Source: a virus (lineage: Duplodnaviria > Caudoviricetes). Taken from it: 64,000 nt of DNA. Shown here piece after piece: positions 63,927 through 64,000 of the stretch. Location: the IMG/VR virus record IMGVR_UViG_3300046517_000603, positions 371-64,370 of that record. One strand, given 5' to 3'. Numbering within the stretch: the first letter of the stretch is position 1; the number at the start of each line of letters is the position of its first letter. A model generated the notes under the pieces. It made no database searches. It saw nothing but the letters and a program-made list of their open reading frames with translations, and had not been told where the DNA came from. The position numbers were made by a program, and so were the translations under genes.

Positions 63927-64000
63927 TCCTTCAATCTCACCCCTAATCGCGTCGCCAAGATTACCGAAATGGCGGCGGCGGGTGCCGGTCATTCCGATAT
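63924..64000 (+). CDS. 5' end of a truncated gene (MSFNLTPNRVAKITEMAAAGAGHSD…)
   Basis: Strong RBS; runs off the window end. Confidence 0.6.
   Translation, partial: MSFNLTPNRVAKITEMAAAGAGHSD

Noticed and set aside
1-64000. tRNA, rRNA, integrase/repressor, reverse transcriptase or DGR
   Set aside because: No cloverleaf with a T-loop, no recombinase or RT motifs and no TR/VR pair were recognised by eye.
1-64000. Alternative genetic code / stop-codon reassignment
   Set aside because: Core genes (dnaE, terL, MCP, sheath) are intact in the standard code, and all three stop codons end genes.

Overview
This window looks like a nearly complete, probably circularly permuted lytic myovirus genome (contractile sheath, baseplate, no integrase) from a high-GC Gram-positive host, likely Actinomycetota and possibly Thermoleophilia. 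The + strand carries about 30 small early genes (1-9.7 kb), then a replication/recombination block: SNF2 helicase, RecB/Cas4-like nuclease, AAA ATPase, SSB, primase-MCM-like helicase, DnaE, HU and ThyX-like. A candidate DNA-hypermodification gene set is interspersed in that block. The - strand (62.5 to 28 kb) carries packaging, lysis, capsid, putative head-fibre, tail and baseplate genes. The most striking unexplained signal is a leader repeated about 14 times in front of early genes. Its layout is YAGY, a long hairpin, an abutting short hairpin, a linker and CCGAAGGAGGGTCATG. The stems change sequence between copies but keep their pairing, often through G-U on the sense strand, which points to an undescribed structured RNA element. 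Other notable items are a secreted Rpf-like enzyme, paired repeat-rich fibre proteins, two inverted noncoding CG-rich elements 50 kb apart, and an AATT-rich leading region. All calls come from reading motifs by eye; no database searches were run.
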